In this document: positions 10,542 through 20,887 of the stretch, piece after piece
How the letters are laid out: each line of letters starts with the position of its first letter
How positions within the stretch are numbered: the stretch's first letter is position 1
Source: a virus
Taxonomy: Duplodnaviria > Caudoviricetes
IMG/VR virus record: IMGVR_UViG_2852079565_000004
Location: 1 to 64,000 of that record
Direction: 5' to 3' (one strand)
Length of the DNA: 64,000 nt
Program-made: the position numbers and the translations under genes
The notes under the pieces: generated by a model
Told to the model about the DNA's origin: nothing
The model's database searches: none
What the model saw: the letters and a program-made list of their open reading frames with translations, nothing else

Positions 10542-11138
10542 TTATTGCTGATCTTCGGTGTATATCCCTGCAGAGATAATTGCGCCACCGATTTCACGGC
10601 GGCCAAGCCCGTAAAGTAGTGGTACTGGATTACCTTGGGCTGTGGTATTGACTGCGCCACCAAAAGCATATGAGGGTTTATTATCTGCATCTTGGCGTAT
10701 GGATAAACCACGCGGTTGTGGGGATAGCATCTGAACGACACCACCAATTGCCATTGCTGCCCCGCCTAACATTAAAGCGCTATTGGTTGTAGCTGACATA
10801 GCTAAAAATGCAGGGTTCCAGACCGCAAGCCCAATCATAGCGATCCCCAGTACTGTTTGGAAAAATCCCCCGCGCTTACTCCCTTTTATTACCGGTGCAA
10901 TGCGAATTTCTTCGCTGGTATCTAAATTCAGCTCATCTTCGCTGATATTGCGCTTACCTTTAAATACCGCGAACTCTAACCCTTTAAGGTGTGCATTCGC
11001 TAGAAATTGCTCAAACCCCTCATAGAGCACAGATAAGGCTTTTATGGCTTCACGAGGGGAATCAATAGCCAAATGATGAACTCGTCCAAACCTAAAACCT
11101 AACACCCCATATAACCGGATAACTTTAAGTGAACTCAT
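10542..11138 (-). CDS. Tail assembly protein I
   Basis: RLYG.LG.RFG, SYAFGGAVNT..QGNPVPLLYG. Confidence 0.92.
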   Translation of the reverse strand: MSSLKVIRLYGVLGFRFGRVHHLAIDSPREAIKALSVLYEGFEQFLANAHLKGLEFAVFKGKRNISEDELNLDTSEEIRIAPVIKGSKRGGFFQTVLGIAMIGLAVWNPAFLAMSATTNSALMLGGAAMAIGGVVQMLSPQPRGLSIRQDADNKPSYAFGGAVNTTAQGNPVPLLYGLGRREIGGAIISAGIYTEDQQ

Positions 11139-11845
11139 ACCAACTCTTTCCTCCGAACAATTTTAACTGTCCTATCACGCCAATAATCGCTGTAGTGGAC
11201 AAGTCGACTCAGTTGGCCATATAGATGGTGAAGTAACATGCCGTCGGCTATCACCCCTGCATGGTTTGGCACATCGGCTTGTACTTGCATGATAATCATG
11301 TCGCCTTCTTTCGGATCGCCCGTAACATCAACAAAACCCGCTGTCTGGTAATTATCCATATACAAATTTTCGCCCTCTTCCCACCAGTGCCTATCGACGC
11401 TGTAGTTATGCAGCTCAATACCGTGTTTTTGTCGGTAGTAATCCATAATTAAAGACCAACAATCTGCATGGCCCAGCACAAAGGGACGCCCTTCCAACTC
11501 GCGTTCTACTCGAGGCTGAATGAGTCTAACATCTCCTTCTGGCCATGATGCAATAACCCACGGCAACCCCGTTGCATCACATTGTAATTTATCGATTTCG
11601 CTCGGTTGAGTCGTAGCGCCATCCCCGCAATGACTATGCACAATCGCAATAGGCTCCCCCCAATCTTCAGCAACGGCATAGTCTTCTGGAGAAAGTTCAA
11701 AATGTTCATTGGGTTTATCGGAAAGGTTACTGCAGGGGAAGTATTTTTTAACTCGGCTTTTTTGACAAATAACACCGCATGCCTCTTTGGGGTATTCCAG
11801 CTTAACATGCTGAAATATCGCCTCAGTTAATTTCTTTGTGATCAT
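11135..11845 (-). CDS. Tail assembly protein K (JAB + NlpC/P60)
   Basis: EACG, HSH, DCWSL, LLHH motifs. Confidence 0.92.
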   Translation of the reverse strand: MITKKLTEAIFQHVKLEYPKEACGVICQKSRVKKYFPCSNLSDKPNEHFELSPEDYAVAEDWGEPIAIVHSHCGDGATTQPSEIDKLQCDATGLPWVIASWPEGDVRLIQPRVERELEGRPFVLGHADCWSLIMDYYRQKHGIELHNYSVDRHWWEEGENLYMDNYQTAGFVDVTGDPKEGDMIIMQVQADVPNHAGVIADGMLLHHLYGQLSRLVHYSDYWRDRTVKIVRRKELV

Positions 11846-12585
11846 CGTATCAATCCTGCTGCTGGGAACCCTCCAAAGTCCAAGGGTTCATTTTCGCCAA
11901 AACGTTTTTTACAATCGTTAATGAGCCCTCCACATTTATCTAATGCGGGATCCTCAACAGGCTCTCCCCGTTCATCGAAATATTTATTCCCCGTATAGTT
12001 ACACCCTCGACCACTACGATAGTCACCTTTCATACACCAGAAACAGAGATTATGGATTTGTCGAACAGGTATCATCATCCCCTGCAAATCGAACGGACTC
12101 GCTAATCTGAACTCAACTGCATCCCCAGCAACTTCGCTGGTTTTTTGTTCAATATAGTAAACCTGTGAAAAATGCTCATCGGGGTTAGCCGTTGGGTTTT
12201 CTTCAACGTAATTTCGGCTATCTAAATAATGCGAAAATGTTTCGTAAATTGTTACTTTCGCCTGTGCCATATCGTCAAACTGCAAACAAAGCGAAGAGAC
12301 TAACCCGTCAATATTTGAAACTTTTAATAGAGGTTTCGTTGGACTTCCATCACTGTTTTTGGCAACACCTTTAATTTCATAAGCCCAAGCCGCATATTCG
12401 TTACCTTGCCACCAAATTGATTTGGGCCGTATATCATCCGTGATTGCTTCAAGCTCTGCTTCCGTGTGTGGTAAGTTATAAGCATGAAAACGAAGAATGG
12501 AACCGTCAAATTCGCTGCCATCGATTTCAACTAATTGAATGCGGTTGCCGGGCTCTAATTTTTGTACATCAGAAGTGATATTCAT
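11842..12585 (-). CDS. Minor tail protein L
   Basis: C.W...YRSG.GC.Y...DKC.G...DCKKRFG Cys cluster. Confidence 0.93.
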   Translation of the reverse strand: MNITSDVQKLEPGNRIQLVEIDGSEFDGSILRFHAYNLPHTEAELEAITDDIRPKSIWWQGNEYAAWAYEIKGVAKNSDGSPTKPLLKVSNIDGLVSSLCLQFDDMAQAKVTIYETFSHYLDSRNYVEENPTANPDEHFSQVYYIEQKTSEVAGDAVEFRLASPFDLQGMMIPVRQIHNLCFWCMKGDYRSGRGCNYTGNKYFDERGEPVEDPALDKCGGLINDCKKRFGENEPLDFGGFPAAGLIR

Positions 12586-12926
12586 GCACTAAACGCCTGT
12601 TCAAATGTTGCTGATATCGTAATAGTTCGACCACCAGCGGGTTTCATTGAGATAGAGTCAGCTTTCACTCGATACAGCCCTTTCTCACCTAAGGGTGATA
12701 TCCAGATAAAAGACGTTGTTGTGTGTTGTCGAATGAAAGTTAAAATAGGAATAACATCAACTTTTAGCCCTGTATAGGTAATGGGCCATGACTGCGATTC
12801 GGGGTTAATGCCATCCCCCGCAACCTGCTTATACCCGTCGCCAAACACCACCTCTCTAACTCGATGCCTAAACTCACCTACGGGTGAATCCTGAACCTGA
12901 GTTCGCCACTTAAATTCATCCATCAC
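12582..12926 (-). CDS. Minor tail protein M
   Basis: FGDGYKQ..GDGIN, ATFEQ. Confidence 0.9.
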   Translation of the reverse strand: MMDEFKWRTQVQDSPVGEFRHRVREVVFGDGYKQVAGDGINPESQSWPITYTGLKVDVIPILTFIRQHTTTSFIWISPLGEKGLYRVKADSISMKPAGGRTITISATFEQAFSA

Positions 12927-12967
12927 ATATGCCTCAATAAAAAAGCCACCGTGCTGGTGGCTCTTAA

Positions 12968-15900
12968 TTAATATCTGTTACCTGTAATGGCTTTGACTAT
13001 TTTATACAGATCGCCACCTTCCTGCCCTTCACTGACCAAAAGCTGCTTAATCTTATTTGTCAGGGATCTTTCAATAGAATTTAAGTCCATATTAGAAAAA
13101 GTATTTTGTTGCTGCTGCACTTGCCCCGCCTCAACATTAATACCGCCAAGATTAAGGTTTACATTAACGCCACCAGCGCCTTGCATTCCATACATACGCT
13201 GAACAGGCACATTCGCCATAGGATGATTGTTTCCAACGTATCCACCAGAAGCATAGCCCTTTTCAGCGCTTTTCATTAATGACATTAATGAGGTAATACC
13301 TAAACGACTTGTGGCTTCTTTTGTGAAAACAAACTCACCTTTATGGACAACGCCTGCAGGTTCGTACTTGTCACCTGCCCCCGTAAAACCACCACGCGCA
13401 AAGCCCGGCTTAATACCTAAGAAGTTACCAAAGCTAGTACCACCAAATGCTGCTGTCATCGCCTTTAGTGCTGCAGCCTTTATCAGCATATCGGTAACCA
13501 TCCGAGCAAACGAACGCCCAAAATCACCAAAATTAGCCTTGCCTGTCATAGCCCAATCCGTAAGAGAATTAGTCATTCCAACAAAAGCAAACTGCGAGGC
13601 TTGGGCGACTTTTCCATAAGTATTGGTTGCATCTTCTTCAAACTCCGCAAAGCCCTTTTTGATACCGTCACGCCAGTTTCCCCGAAGTTCATCTTCCTCA
13701 CGGTAAAACTCTTCTAACTTGGCTTTTTGCTCGGGTGAATCCGCCTTTTCTAATGCGATATTACGCTGGTATTGTCTATCGGTTAATCCTGCGCTACCGC
13801 GTAACGCTCGGATCCGGTCTTCAATTTCAGCAACACGCTTAGCTCTTTCCTCAAGCAGCTTGTTTTCGCGGTTTTGCTTTTCTAAAGCATCACCTTTAAC
13901 TGCTAGTTCACGCTGTCCAGATAAAATAGACTCGCGTCTCATTAGCAGTGATTTTTCATCAGCCGTTAATTGACGTTCACCATTTTTAACAATCCTATCC
14001 AAGATAGTGAATTGGGCCTCAGTAAGCATAAGTTGCTTTCGTTCATTACTCACAATGCGGTCACCTGTTTGTGAGAAATCACGAGCCACTTTTGTTTGCG
14101 CCTCGAGTGCTAAAAGCTGCTTTTGGAGATCTTCATCATGGCGGGTACCGTAATCAGGGCGGAAAGATGAGCCTTTAGGCGTTTTTTTGTCTTTATTTCG
14201 TTCCTGAATCCCCCTCCTAGCAGCCTCAATATCTTCTTGAGTAAAAAGAGACGCTCGACCTTCTTTAGCGTCGCGTTTATTTTCTAGGATTAGTCGATTA
14301 AGCTCTTTTTCTTCCTCATTGCGGCGCTGAGCAGCTGTTTGGCCTTGCCTAACTTTAGCGTTGAAAAGCTCTTGGTTCTTAATCGCCCTTTCTTCATCTT
14401 GTCGAGCCAATCGCTCACGCTCAACTTTTAGCCCATCTGCTGCCCACGCTTTGTCAATAAGTTCGTAGGCTTGTGTTTTGAGTTCAACTTCACGCTCAGC
14501 TTCCTTTAAACGCTCTGCATCTCTCCTTATGCTCGGATTATCTCCTTTGTATCCTTCGCTATAGCTTAAGTTTTGAGCTCGCCTTTTGTACTCTTTTTGC
14601 GCTTCCTGTAATTCAGTAAAAGCGGTCTGCCTTTCGAGTGCAAGACCCGGATTTCGTCCTACACCTAACATAGCATCCCAACCTTTAGTCGCGGCGTTCT
14701 CAATCCAATTCCACGCACGTTCTAAAGTACCAAGGTTATCCACAATAGACATTGAGCGCTGATTCATTGCCTCGGCATAGGCTTTCGTAGCTAGTTCAGC
14801 CGCTTTTTCAGTGCGGCCTTGCGCTTCTGCTGCCGCAATTTGCTCATATTGCTTAGCGGTTAAAAAATGCAACGAGTTATTTAACTCTGTTACCGCTTTA
14901 ACTGGATCATCTTTAAGACGTTTAAAGTGCTCAATCGTTTTATCAATATCCTGCCCGACTGCTTTTTCCATCTTCGCAGAAATATCAGCAACAATACCGA
15001 CTTGATTGCCTGAGAATGCACCAGAGCCAACCACTTTCGCTAATGCATCGGCCATACGATATTGCGTAATACCATTACCAGAAAGCTGTTTAGCCAATGA
15101 ATCAAGTTGCGAAGCGGTTTTTCCTGCATAACTCCCGGTCAAAATAAGCTGCTTATTGTACTCAGTGAATTCTTTCGAGCCTTTATAAGCTGCAATTGCT
15201 AATGAACCAGTCACTCCCACCAGCCCTAACATTGCAATACGCATTGGTGTAATTAATGACAATACCGCTTTAAATGAATTCCCAACACCACCAAAGGAGT
15301 CTTTAATCTGCCCGCCTTGCTGAACCATGACCAACCAAATAGGCATGCCGGAAGCTAATGACGTCACAATATCCGTCATTTGCATCGGTAATTGCCGCAT
15401 AGCATTACGATACTGCCCTAATGTAATAGCGCCATTGCGGTAGGCCTGATCTTGCTGTTTTAACTTCGCTAAATACGGTTCAGCCTGTTGACTCACACCT
15501 AATTGAGCCGCTTTCATTTGTAGCAATTCAGATTTTGTTTTACCTATTGCGTCCGCTTCATTTTTCAACGCTTGAATAAAGTTTTCTTTAGTTTGAACCT
15601 CCCTAGCTTCAGCCGCTGCGACCAGTTGTTGTTCTCTGGCTAGCTCTCTTGCGGCTTGCGCCGCTTGTTTTTGCTCGGAAGCCAGCCTTGCTGTGCGTTC
15701 TTCCTGCTTTTTCATCTGGGTGATGATGGGAGCTGCTTCTTTTGAAATCCCCATTTGAGCGGCTTTGTACGACAACATTTCAGTTTTACTAGCGCCATAC
15801 AGAAAAACTTGCTCATGCATTTTTCGTAGGAAAGAGTCCTTTAGTACAGAAAGCTCTTTTTCAGCAACAGATAATCCACTGGTACGATTAGTGATATCTT

Positions 15901-16477
15901 CAAGTAATGCCTGATACCGCTCGGTATCAATGTTGCCTTTTTGGTATACTTGGGTCAGATTTTCTCTTATTGCGGTCAGTTTTGCTGTAGAACCCGATAC
16001 TTTTTCAATGCTTTCAATTTGCCTCGCGAACGAATCAGCAACTTTTGTATTCCCGGTTTCGGTCTCTCTGACTGCTTTTTTAATCTGATTTTCCAGTATG
16101 GCAAAATGTACTCCGCTAATTCTTCCACTTTCATACTGGCTGTTCAGTCTTTTTAGGATCTCTGCAAATTGGTTACTTGCATCACCGGCTTTCTTTATAG
16201 ACTGAATCTGATCTCGCAGTGATGAGGCATTTTCCTTATACTTCGCATTCATAGCCTCAACAGCTACAGCAGTTTCCTTTTGCCTTTGGGTTAACTCGGA
16301 AATAGAACGGGCTGCCGCTTTATGTGCGGGTTCAGATTGTTTAAATGTACTATTTAACTCATCTATGGATTGGTCTGTTCTGCTGGCGGCTTGTTGTAAA
16401 TCATTTAGTGCTTTAGAGCCTTTTTCGAGCTCGCTAGTGCTGACCTTAAATGAAATACTGGCTATTTCTTGTGTCAT
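12968..16477 (-). CDS. Tape measure protein
   Basis: Long helical protein; QQGGQIKDSFGG and GGFTG..GKYEPAGVVHKGEFV; start reassigned to MTQEIA. Confidence 0.95.
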   Translation of the reverse strand: MTQEIASISFKVSTSELEKGSKALNDLQQAASRTDQSIDELNSTFKQSEPAHKAAARSISELTQRQKETAVAVEAMNAKYKENASSLRDQIQSIKKAGDASNQFAEILKRLNSQYESGRISGVHFAILENQIKKAVRETETGNTKVADSFARQIESIEKVSGSTAKLTAIRENLTQVYQKGNIDTERYQALLEDITNRTSGLSVAEKELSVLKDSFLRKMHEQVFLYGASKTEMLSYKAAQMGISKEAAPIITQMKKQEERTARLASEQKQAAQAARELAREQQLVAAAEAREVQTKENFIQALKNEADAIGKTKSELLQMKAAQLGVSQQAEPYLAKLKQQDQAYRNGAITLGQYRNAMRQLPMQMTDIVTSLASGMPIWLVMVQQGGQIKDSFGGVGNSFKAVLSLITPMRIAMLGLVGVTGSLAIAAYKGSKEFTEYNKQLILTGSYAGKTASQLDSLAKQLSGNGITQYRMADALAKVVGSGAFSGNQVGIVADISAKMEKAVGQDIDKTIEHFKRLKDDPVKAVTELNNSLHFLTAKQYEQIAAAEAQGRTEKAAELATKAYAEAMNQRSMSIVDNLGTLERAWNWIENAATKGWDAMLGVGRNPGLALERQTAFTELQEAQKEYKRRAQNLSYSEGYKGDNPSIRRDAERLKEAEREVELKTQAYELIDKAWAADGLKVERERLARQDEERAIKNQELFNAKVRQGQTAAQRRNEEEKELNRLILENKRDAKEGRASLFTQEDIEAARRGIQERNKDKKTPKGSSFRPDYGTRHDEDLQKQLLALEAQTKVARDFSQTGDRIVSNERKQLMLTEAQFTILDRIVKNGERQLTADEKSLLMRRESILSGQRELAVKGDALEKQNRENKLLEERAKRVAEIEDRIRALRGSAGLTDRQYQRNIALEKADSPEQKAKLEEFYREEDELRGNWRDGIKKGFAEFEEDATNTYGKVAQASQFAFVGMTNSLTDWAMTGKANFGDFGRSFARMVTDMLIKAAALKAMTAAFGGTSFGNFLGIKPGFARGGFTGAGDKYEPAGVVHKGEFVFTKEATSRLGITSLMSLMKSAEKGYASGGYVGNNHPMANVPVQRMYGMQGAGGVNVNLNLGGINVEAGQVQQQQNTFSNMDLNSIERSLTNKIKQLLVSEGQEGGDLYKIVKAITGNRY

Positions 16478-16537
16478 AACTTTCCTCGGGTACAAAAAAA
16501 CCACCCGAAGGTGGTTATATGTGACTGTGGATGATTG

Positions 16538-16996
16538 TTACATCAACCATTTTAGTTTATTGGGTTCGTACTTAAATTGCATCATGCCTTTGCCAAATAC
16601 AGGGACTTCTATGTAGATAGTTCGTGAATCGGCTAAATCATTTGCAAATTTAAAAGCGCCAATTATTGAAGCCTCGGATTGTCGAACTTTATCAACTTCG
16701 ACAAGCAGCTCTTTGATTTTATGATTATTAATCTTTATAAGGCCTGAACACAGCTTACCCAATTTGCAATCAAAGTCACCACCTTCTAGTTCAAAATGGA
16801 AATCATACACCTCTTGATTATTTTGGCTTTCAGCTTTAATTATTAACTTCACACCTTCGTTTTCTTTTTCAGGTGCTAAGCTTGCAAAGTACTGAGTAGT
16901 TCCCCGCATTTCATCAACTTTCTCCGAATACTTCCAGTCAGCAACAGCCCCAAATCCAACAGAGCAAAGTAAAAGTCCTAATAATAGTTTTCTCAT
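16538..16996 (-). CDS. Exported hypothetical protein (moron)
   Basis: Signal peptide MRKLLLGLLLCSVGFGAVA; own downstream terminator hairpin near 16495-16516. Confidence 0.7.
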   Translation of the reverse strand: MRKLLLGLLLCSVGFGAVADWKYSEKVDEMRGTTQYFASLAPEKENEGVKLIIKAESQNNQEVYDFHFELEGGDFDCKLGKLCSGLIKINNHKIKELLVEVDKVRQSEASIIGAFKFANDLADSRTIYIEVPVFGKGMMQFKYEPNKLKWLM

Positions 16997-17103
16997 CTAT
17001 CCATCCCACCTGTTAGTTTCAGTAATGTTAGCTTAGCGAGGATGCAAATTGAAGCAAAAGGGATTTTTTGGAGAAATACAACCATAATAATAGTTGAAGT
17101 GGA

Positions 17104-18369
17104 TTACTTTGCTTTTACTACTGGTAACTCATTGAAATTTGTTGTGTATGCTGGTGATAACATTTCTCGCTTCATCTGATATCCACGATCACCACCTTTC
17201 GCAGCAAACCAGACTTTGCCTAGGCCTCTATTGTTTATTGTGTCTAATGTTTTCATCAGTTCATCACTGTTTTTAAATGGCTTTTGAGTCGAAAACATAT
17301 CGAACTGAGTAATGTCTGAATCTGTGAAGTCAGACAACATTATCCCTGCTTTATAGTAGCGGTAACCATCTCGCCATATGGAATCTAATCCACGCATGGC
17401 AGCATTGATGATGTCCCGCGTGTCGCTGCTAGGGTATTCAAGCCTAATGCTGACGCTGTTGGCATAATCATCGCCTGATGCATGGCGACTTGTTTGTATG
17501 AATAGGCCAATGATTCGGCATCGCTGCTTTTCTTCGCGTAGCTTCTCCGCTGCACGCTCTGCGTAATCACAAACTGCCTTGCGCATAGTTTCAATATCTA
17601 AAACTTTCTTACCGAAAGAACGTGAGCATAGTATTTGCTGCTTAACCTTCCTGACTTCTTCAAGCTCAATGCAAGACTCGCCATTTAGTTCGCGGAGCGT
17701 CCTTTCTAGCGTTACGCCAAAGGTTTTACGTATTGTGGCCACTGGCGCATCGGCTAAGTCTAAAGCAGTATAGATACCCATAACTCTTAACTTAGCTGAG
17801 ATTCTACGACCAATGCCCCACACTTCCTCAATCGGAATAAGTGACAGCAACTTTTTTTGCCGATTTCTATCAGATAGCTCGACCACACCGCCAGTTTTCT
17901 TCCACGTTTTAGATGCGTGATTAGCAATCTTAGCCAGAGTTTTAGTTGGGCCTATTCCAACGCCCACTGGCAAATGTGTTCGCTGCAATATTGTTGATTG
18001 AATCTCTCGCCCGTATTCTTCTAGATTAAATGTATGAGCCATACCAGTGAAATCAAGGAACGCCTCATCTACCGAATATATCTCCAAGCGTGGAGCATAC
18101 ATTGATAACAGCGACATCACTCTATTGCTCATGTCAGCATATAACGCATAGTTAGAACTAAATATGTTGATGTTATTTTGTCGGTAATAACTTCTTCGCT
18201 CATAGTAAAGCTCACCCATTTTTACACCGAGTTTTTTTGCTTCCGCTGACCGGGCAATCACGCAACCATCATTGTTACTCAGGACGATTACTGGCTTTCC
18301 CGCTAAGTCTGGCCTAAATACTTTCTCGCAGCTCGCATAAAACGAATTAACATCAACAAGCGCGAACAT
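17104..18369 (-). CDS. umuC: DNA polymerase V subunit UmuC
   Basis: MFALVDVNSFYASCE, SNNDGC, YSVDEAF, LSPAYTT. Confidence 0.97.
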   Translation of the reverse strand: MFALVDVNSFYASCEKVFRPDLAGKPVIVLSNNDGCVIARSAEAKKLGVKMGELYYERRSYYRQNNINIFSSNYALYADMSNRVMSLLSMYAPRLEIYSVDEAFLDFTGMAHTFNLEEYGREIQSTILQRTHLPVGVGIGPTKTLAKIANHASKTWKKTGGVVELSDRNRQKKLLSLIPIEEVWGIGRRISAKLRVMGIYTALDLADAPVATIRKTFGVTLERTLRELNGESCIELEEVRKVKQQILCSRSFGKKVLDIETMRKAVCDYAERAAEKLREEKQRCRIIGLFIQTSRHASGDDYANSVSIRLEYPSSDTRDIINAAMRGLDSIWRDGYRYYKAGIMLSDFTDSDITQFDMFSTQKPFKNSDELMKTLDTINNRGLGKVWFAAKGGDRGYQMKREMLSPAYTTNFNELPVVKAK

Positions 18370-18782
18370 TATTGCGCCTTATGGATGATGAACGTTACGA
18401 CACCAAATATCTGTAAGTCCTGTGTGTCACCTATGTGTATAGGTTGAAAGTCAGGGTTCATAGGCATTAACATAGGTGGATGAGACTTCAGTCTCTTTAC
18501 TGTGAATTCACCATCAACGCTAGCGATAACAATATCCCCATCCTTTGCAACAAGCGCGCTATCAACAATAACAACGTCACCATCATTGATATTCGCATCA
18601 ATCATCGAATTACCTTCGACACGCAACATGTACGTACTGTCAGGGTGCTTAATCAGCGTACTGTTAAGGTTTATCCTCTCTTCCATATAGTCAGCCGCAG
18701 GTGATGGAAATCCCGCAGGCACACGGTCTAGGAAAAGTGGAATATTGATAATTGACTCGGAATCGATAAGTTCTAGCTTCAT
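18369..18782 (-). CDS. umuD: DNA polymerase V subunit UmuD
   Basis: AGFPSPA cleavage site, GNSM Ser, TVKRL Lys. Confidence 0.97.
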   Translation of the reverse strand: MKLELIDSESIINIPLFLDRVPAGFPSPAADYMEERINLNSTLIKHPDSTYMLRVEGNSMIDANINDGDVVIVDSALVAKDGDIVIASVDGEFTVKRLKSHPPMLMPMNPDFQPIHIGDTQDLQIFGVVTFIIHKAQ

Positions 18783-18799
18783 GATGCACCAAAATATAA

Positions 18800-18815
18800 C
18801 TGTATTTATATACAG
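18800..18815 (-). promoter_or_regulatory. LexA (SOS) box upstream of umuD
   Basis: CTGTATTTATATACAG, near-consensus CTGT-N8-ACAG. Confidence 0.93.
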
Positions 18816-18922
18816 TATATTCTAAGCATTTAAATTGTAAAGATCATTTTTAGGAACTAAAACAATACATGCATACACAATAAAACCTGTTTAGTGCACA
18901 TAAATACTAGGGTATCACCGCA

Positions 18923-19159
18923 CTATTTTTTATGGATCAATTCTAAAGCTTTTGACTCCATCAGTTGAATATCTTTAATCACGGTTGCCAGATCACAAAT
19001 ACCGTAAGCGCTGGCCAGCATGGGAATAACGGTATAATCAATCCCAGTAGGACCATCCATACTGACCCGCCATTGTGTTGATAGCGCTTGGAATAGCGTG
19101 ACTGAAGCTTCAATATCTGGGGTAACCTCAATGTCATCATCATCAAGATCCCCCAGCAA
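18923..19159 (-). CDS. Tail assembly chaperone gpGT-like C-terminal frame (DUF1799-like)
   Basis: STQWRV...GPTGIDY; frame is open back to slippery site A AAA AAC at 19216-19222. Confidence 0.85.
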   Translation of the reverse strand: MLGDLDDDDIEVTPDIEASVTLFQALSTQWRVSMDGPTGIDYTVIPMLASAYGICDLATVIKDIQLMESKALELIHKK

Positions 19160-19209
19160 ATCTAATTCAATCGCTGACAGTGGCTTACTGTAAAGTGCCT
19201 GCGCAACCG

Positions 19210-19524
19210 CTAGGAGTTTTTTTCCCGAATACCTAAGAGCGCTTGGCGATAGGAAGTAAAAATTTCGAAAGCTGCCCCTGGGTAGTTATCGAAAAATTCT
19301 GCCACATTATCGTGGTTAAACTCGCGATCTTTAAATCCCCACCCTTTCGCAATCTGAAGCAAGAATCCTGTATCGGTTAGATCGTCAGCTTTCCCCATCT
19401 CATCCAGTTCACTCATTTTTTTGTGAACGAATACAAACGGTAAATCACCTTGTTTACCGTCAGGTGTTGTGATTTTGACGGTGTGTTCAAATGTCGGTGT
19501 TGGGTTGTAGGTTAACTTAGCCAT
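19210..19524 (-). CDS. Tail assembly chaperone gpG-like
   Basis: PTF..TVKI, GW, ends REKNS at the slippery site. Confidence 0.85.
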   Translation of the reverse strand: MAKLTYNPTPTFEHTVKITTPDGKQGDLPFVFVHKKMSELDEMGKADDLTDTGFLLQIAKGWGFKDREFNHDNVAEFFDNYPGAAFEIFTSYRQALLGIREKNS

Positions 19525-19783
19525 TATTCGCCTTTTCATTGATTGTAATAACTGAATTGACTGTCACACCGTCAACAGTGGCAGTGATAGTCACTTTACC
19601 CGCGGCTTTTAGTGTAACTTGACCTGTGCTATTCACAGTCGCTTTTGCGGTATCAGAGCTCTTCCACATCGCATTCTGATTGGATGTATTGGCAGGTGTT
19701 AAGGTGAGGTTGAGTAAAATCACCTCTCCCACAACACCTGTGGCAATCGGTTTATCAATGGTGAGCTCAGATACCGGGATTAC
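19517..19783 (-). CDS. Ig-like (Big_2-type) extension of tail tube protein, predicted -1 frameshift
   Basis: -1 frame from GCA AAG TAA reads VIPVSELTID...WKSSDTAKATV..TG.VT...AG.VTITAT. Confidence 0.75.
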   Translation of the reverse strand, partial: VIPVSELTIDKPIATGVVGEVILLNLTLTPANTSNQNAMWKSSDTAKATVNSTGQVTLKAAGKVTITATVDGVTVNSVITINEKANNG

Positions 19784-20439
19784 TTTGCGTGGGCGTAGAC
19801 AGACTGTTTAGAACGCAAAGAGAAGCGAACAGTCGTTGTTTCAATTTCGTTCACCGCCGTATCAGGGATTTCTTTATACGAGGTCGATGCCAAATAATAG
19901 CGATCTTGCTCGGCGCGTTTATTATAAAAACGCACAGCCACCAGCGATTTACTTTCATCATAATCCAGCAATAAGGCATGATGTTTAGCATCGGCGTTAT
20001 AAGCTAATGTGTAAGTAATGATGTACGGGTTCTTAAAGGTATCAAGGCTGATTGCCTGATCATCCTCAAGAAACTGAATGCTGGTGGACTGCTGGTCGCC
20101 CCCTTCAATGCCCACCGTCGTCACACGTTTGATTTGCGTCCAACCCGTGACCTTCTTGATAGTGCCCATTGCTTCTTCTGCTGGATATTTAGATTTATCC
20201 GTACTGTCAAAGCCTTCAATGGTGATATTGCTGGCTGCAACCGTTTTAACCCGTTTAGGGCCATTTAAATTACTCCAGCTGTCACTGATAATCACAACAT
20301 CACCCGCTTTAATATCGCCCGCGCTTGCAACAGTAAGAACAACCTCACTGGCATTCGATGCGGCAGTAATCGCGATTGCTTCACCATATCCACTGGAAAC
20401 CGAAACAGTAGAACCATTAGGAATGCTATATTCCGCCAT
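19780..20439 (-). CDS. Major tail tube protein
   Basis: PNGSTV, GGDQQ..IQFLED; position before chaperones. Confidence 0.88.
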   Translation of the reverse strand: MAEYSIPNGSTVSVSSGYGEAIAITAASNASEVVLTVASAGDIKAGDVVIISDSWSNLNGPKRVKTVAASNITIEGFDSTDKSKYPAEEAMGTIKKVTGWTQIKRVTTVGIEGGDQQSTSIQFLEDDQAISLDTFKNPYIITYTLAYNADAKHHALLLDYDESKSLVAVRFYNKRAEQDRYYLASTSYKEIPDTAVNEIETTTVRFSLRSKQSVYAHAK

Positions 20440-20485
20440 AATGAACCTCTTTATTTATGCATAAAAAAACCGCCAGCTGGCGGTG

Positions 20486-20887
20486 TTATCGAACTGAATC
20501 ACATCGATAGGATGTGCGTATGGGAATGGTGTAGTGGGTATCCCCCACGAGAGGGGGTAATTGATTTGGCTCACTATTGAGATAAAGGGTTTTGTTCAGT
20601 GTGAGCCCATTCTCAAGCTGAGTTTTAATATTATCCGCAATCAGGCTTAAGTGTTCGTCACCGCTCCCCACTTTACCCACAAGATTAATTTGAATGACCC
20701 CTTTAAAAATCGGCATATCGAGCGCTAGCCCCATATTCTCCGTTGCCGCTGGCAAAATATGCATTTGCAGATAAGGGGAGTTAATTTCATCAAAAGCCAT
20801 ATTAGGCCATGCGACCTTTAACCCCTCTTGCTTCGCAATCTGAGCCACCAGCGCACGTATTGACTGATTAATTTCGGATTGCTTCAT
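20486..20887 (-). CDS. Tail terminator-like protein (DUF4128-like)
   Basis: VAWPN, GVIQINL, GSG; synteny. Confidence 0.75.
   Translation of the reverse strand: MKQSEINQSIRALVAQIAKQEGLKVAWPNMAFDEINSPYLQMHILPAATENMGLALDMPIFKGVIQINLVGKVGSGDEHLSLIADNIKTQLENGLTLNKTLYLNSEPNQLPPLVGDTHYTIPIRTSYRCDSVR

Noticed and set aside
10373-10747. 124-aa ORF bridging tail genes I and J
   Set aside because: Overlaps two well-supported genes and a terminator, with no recognisable motif.
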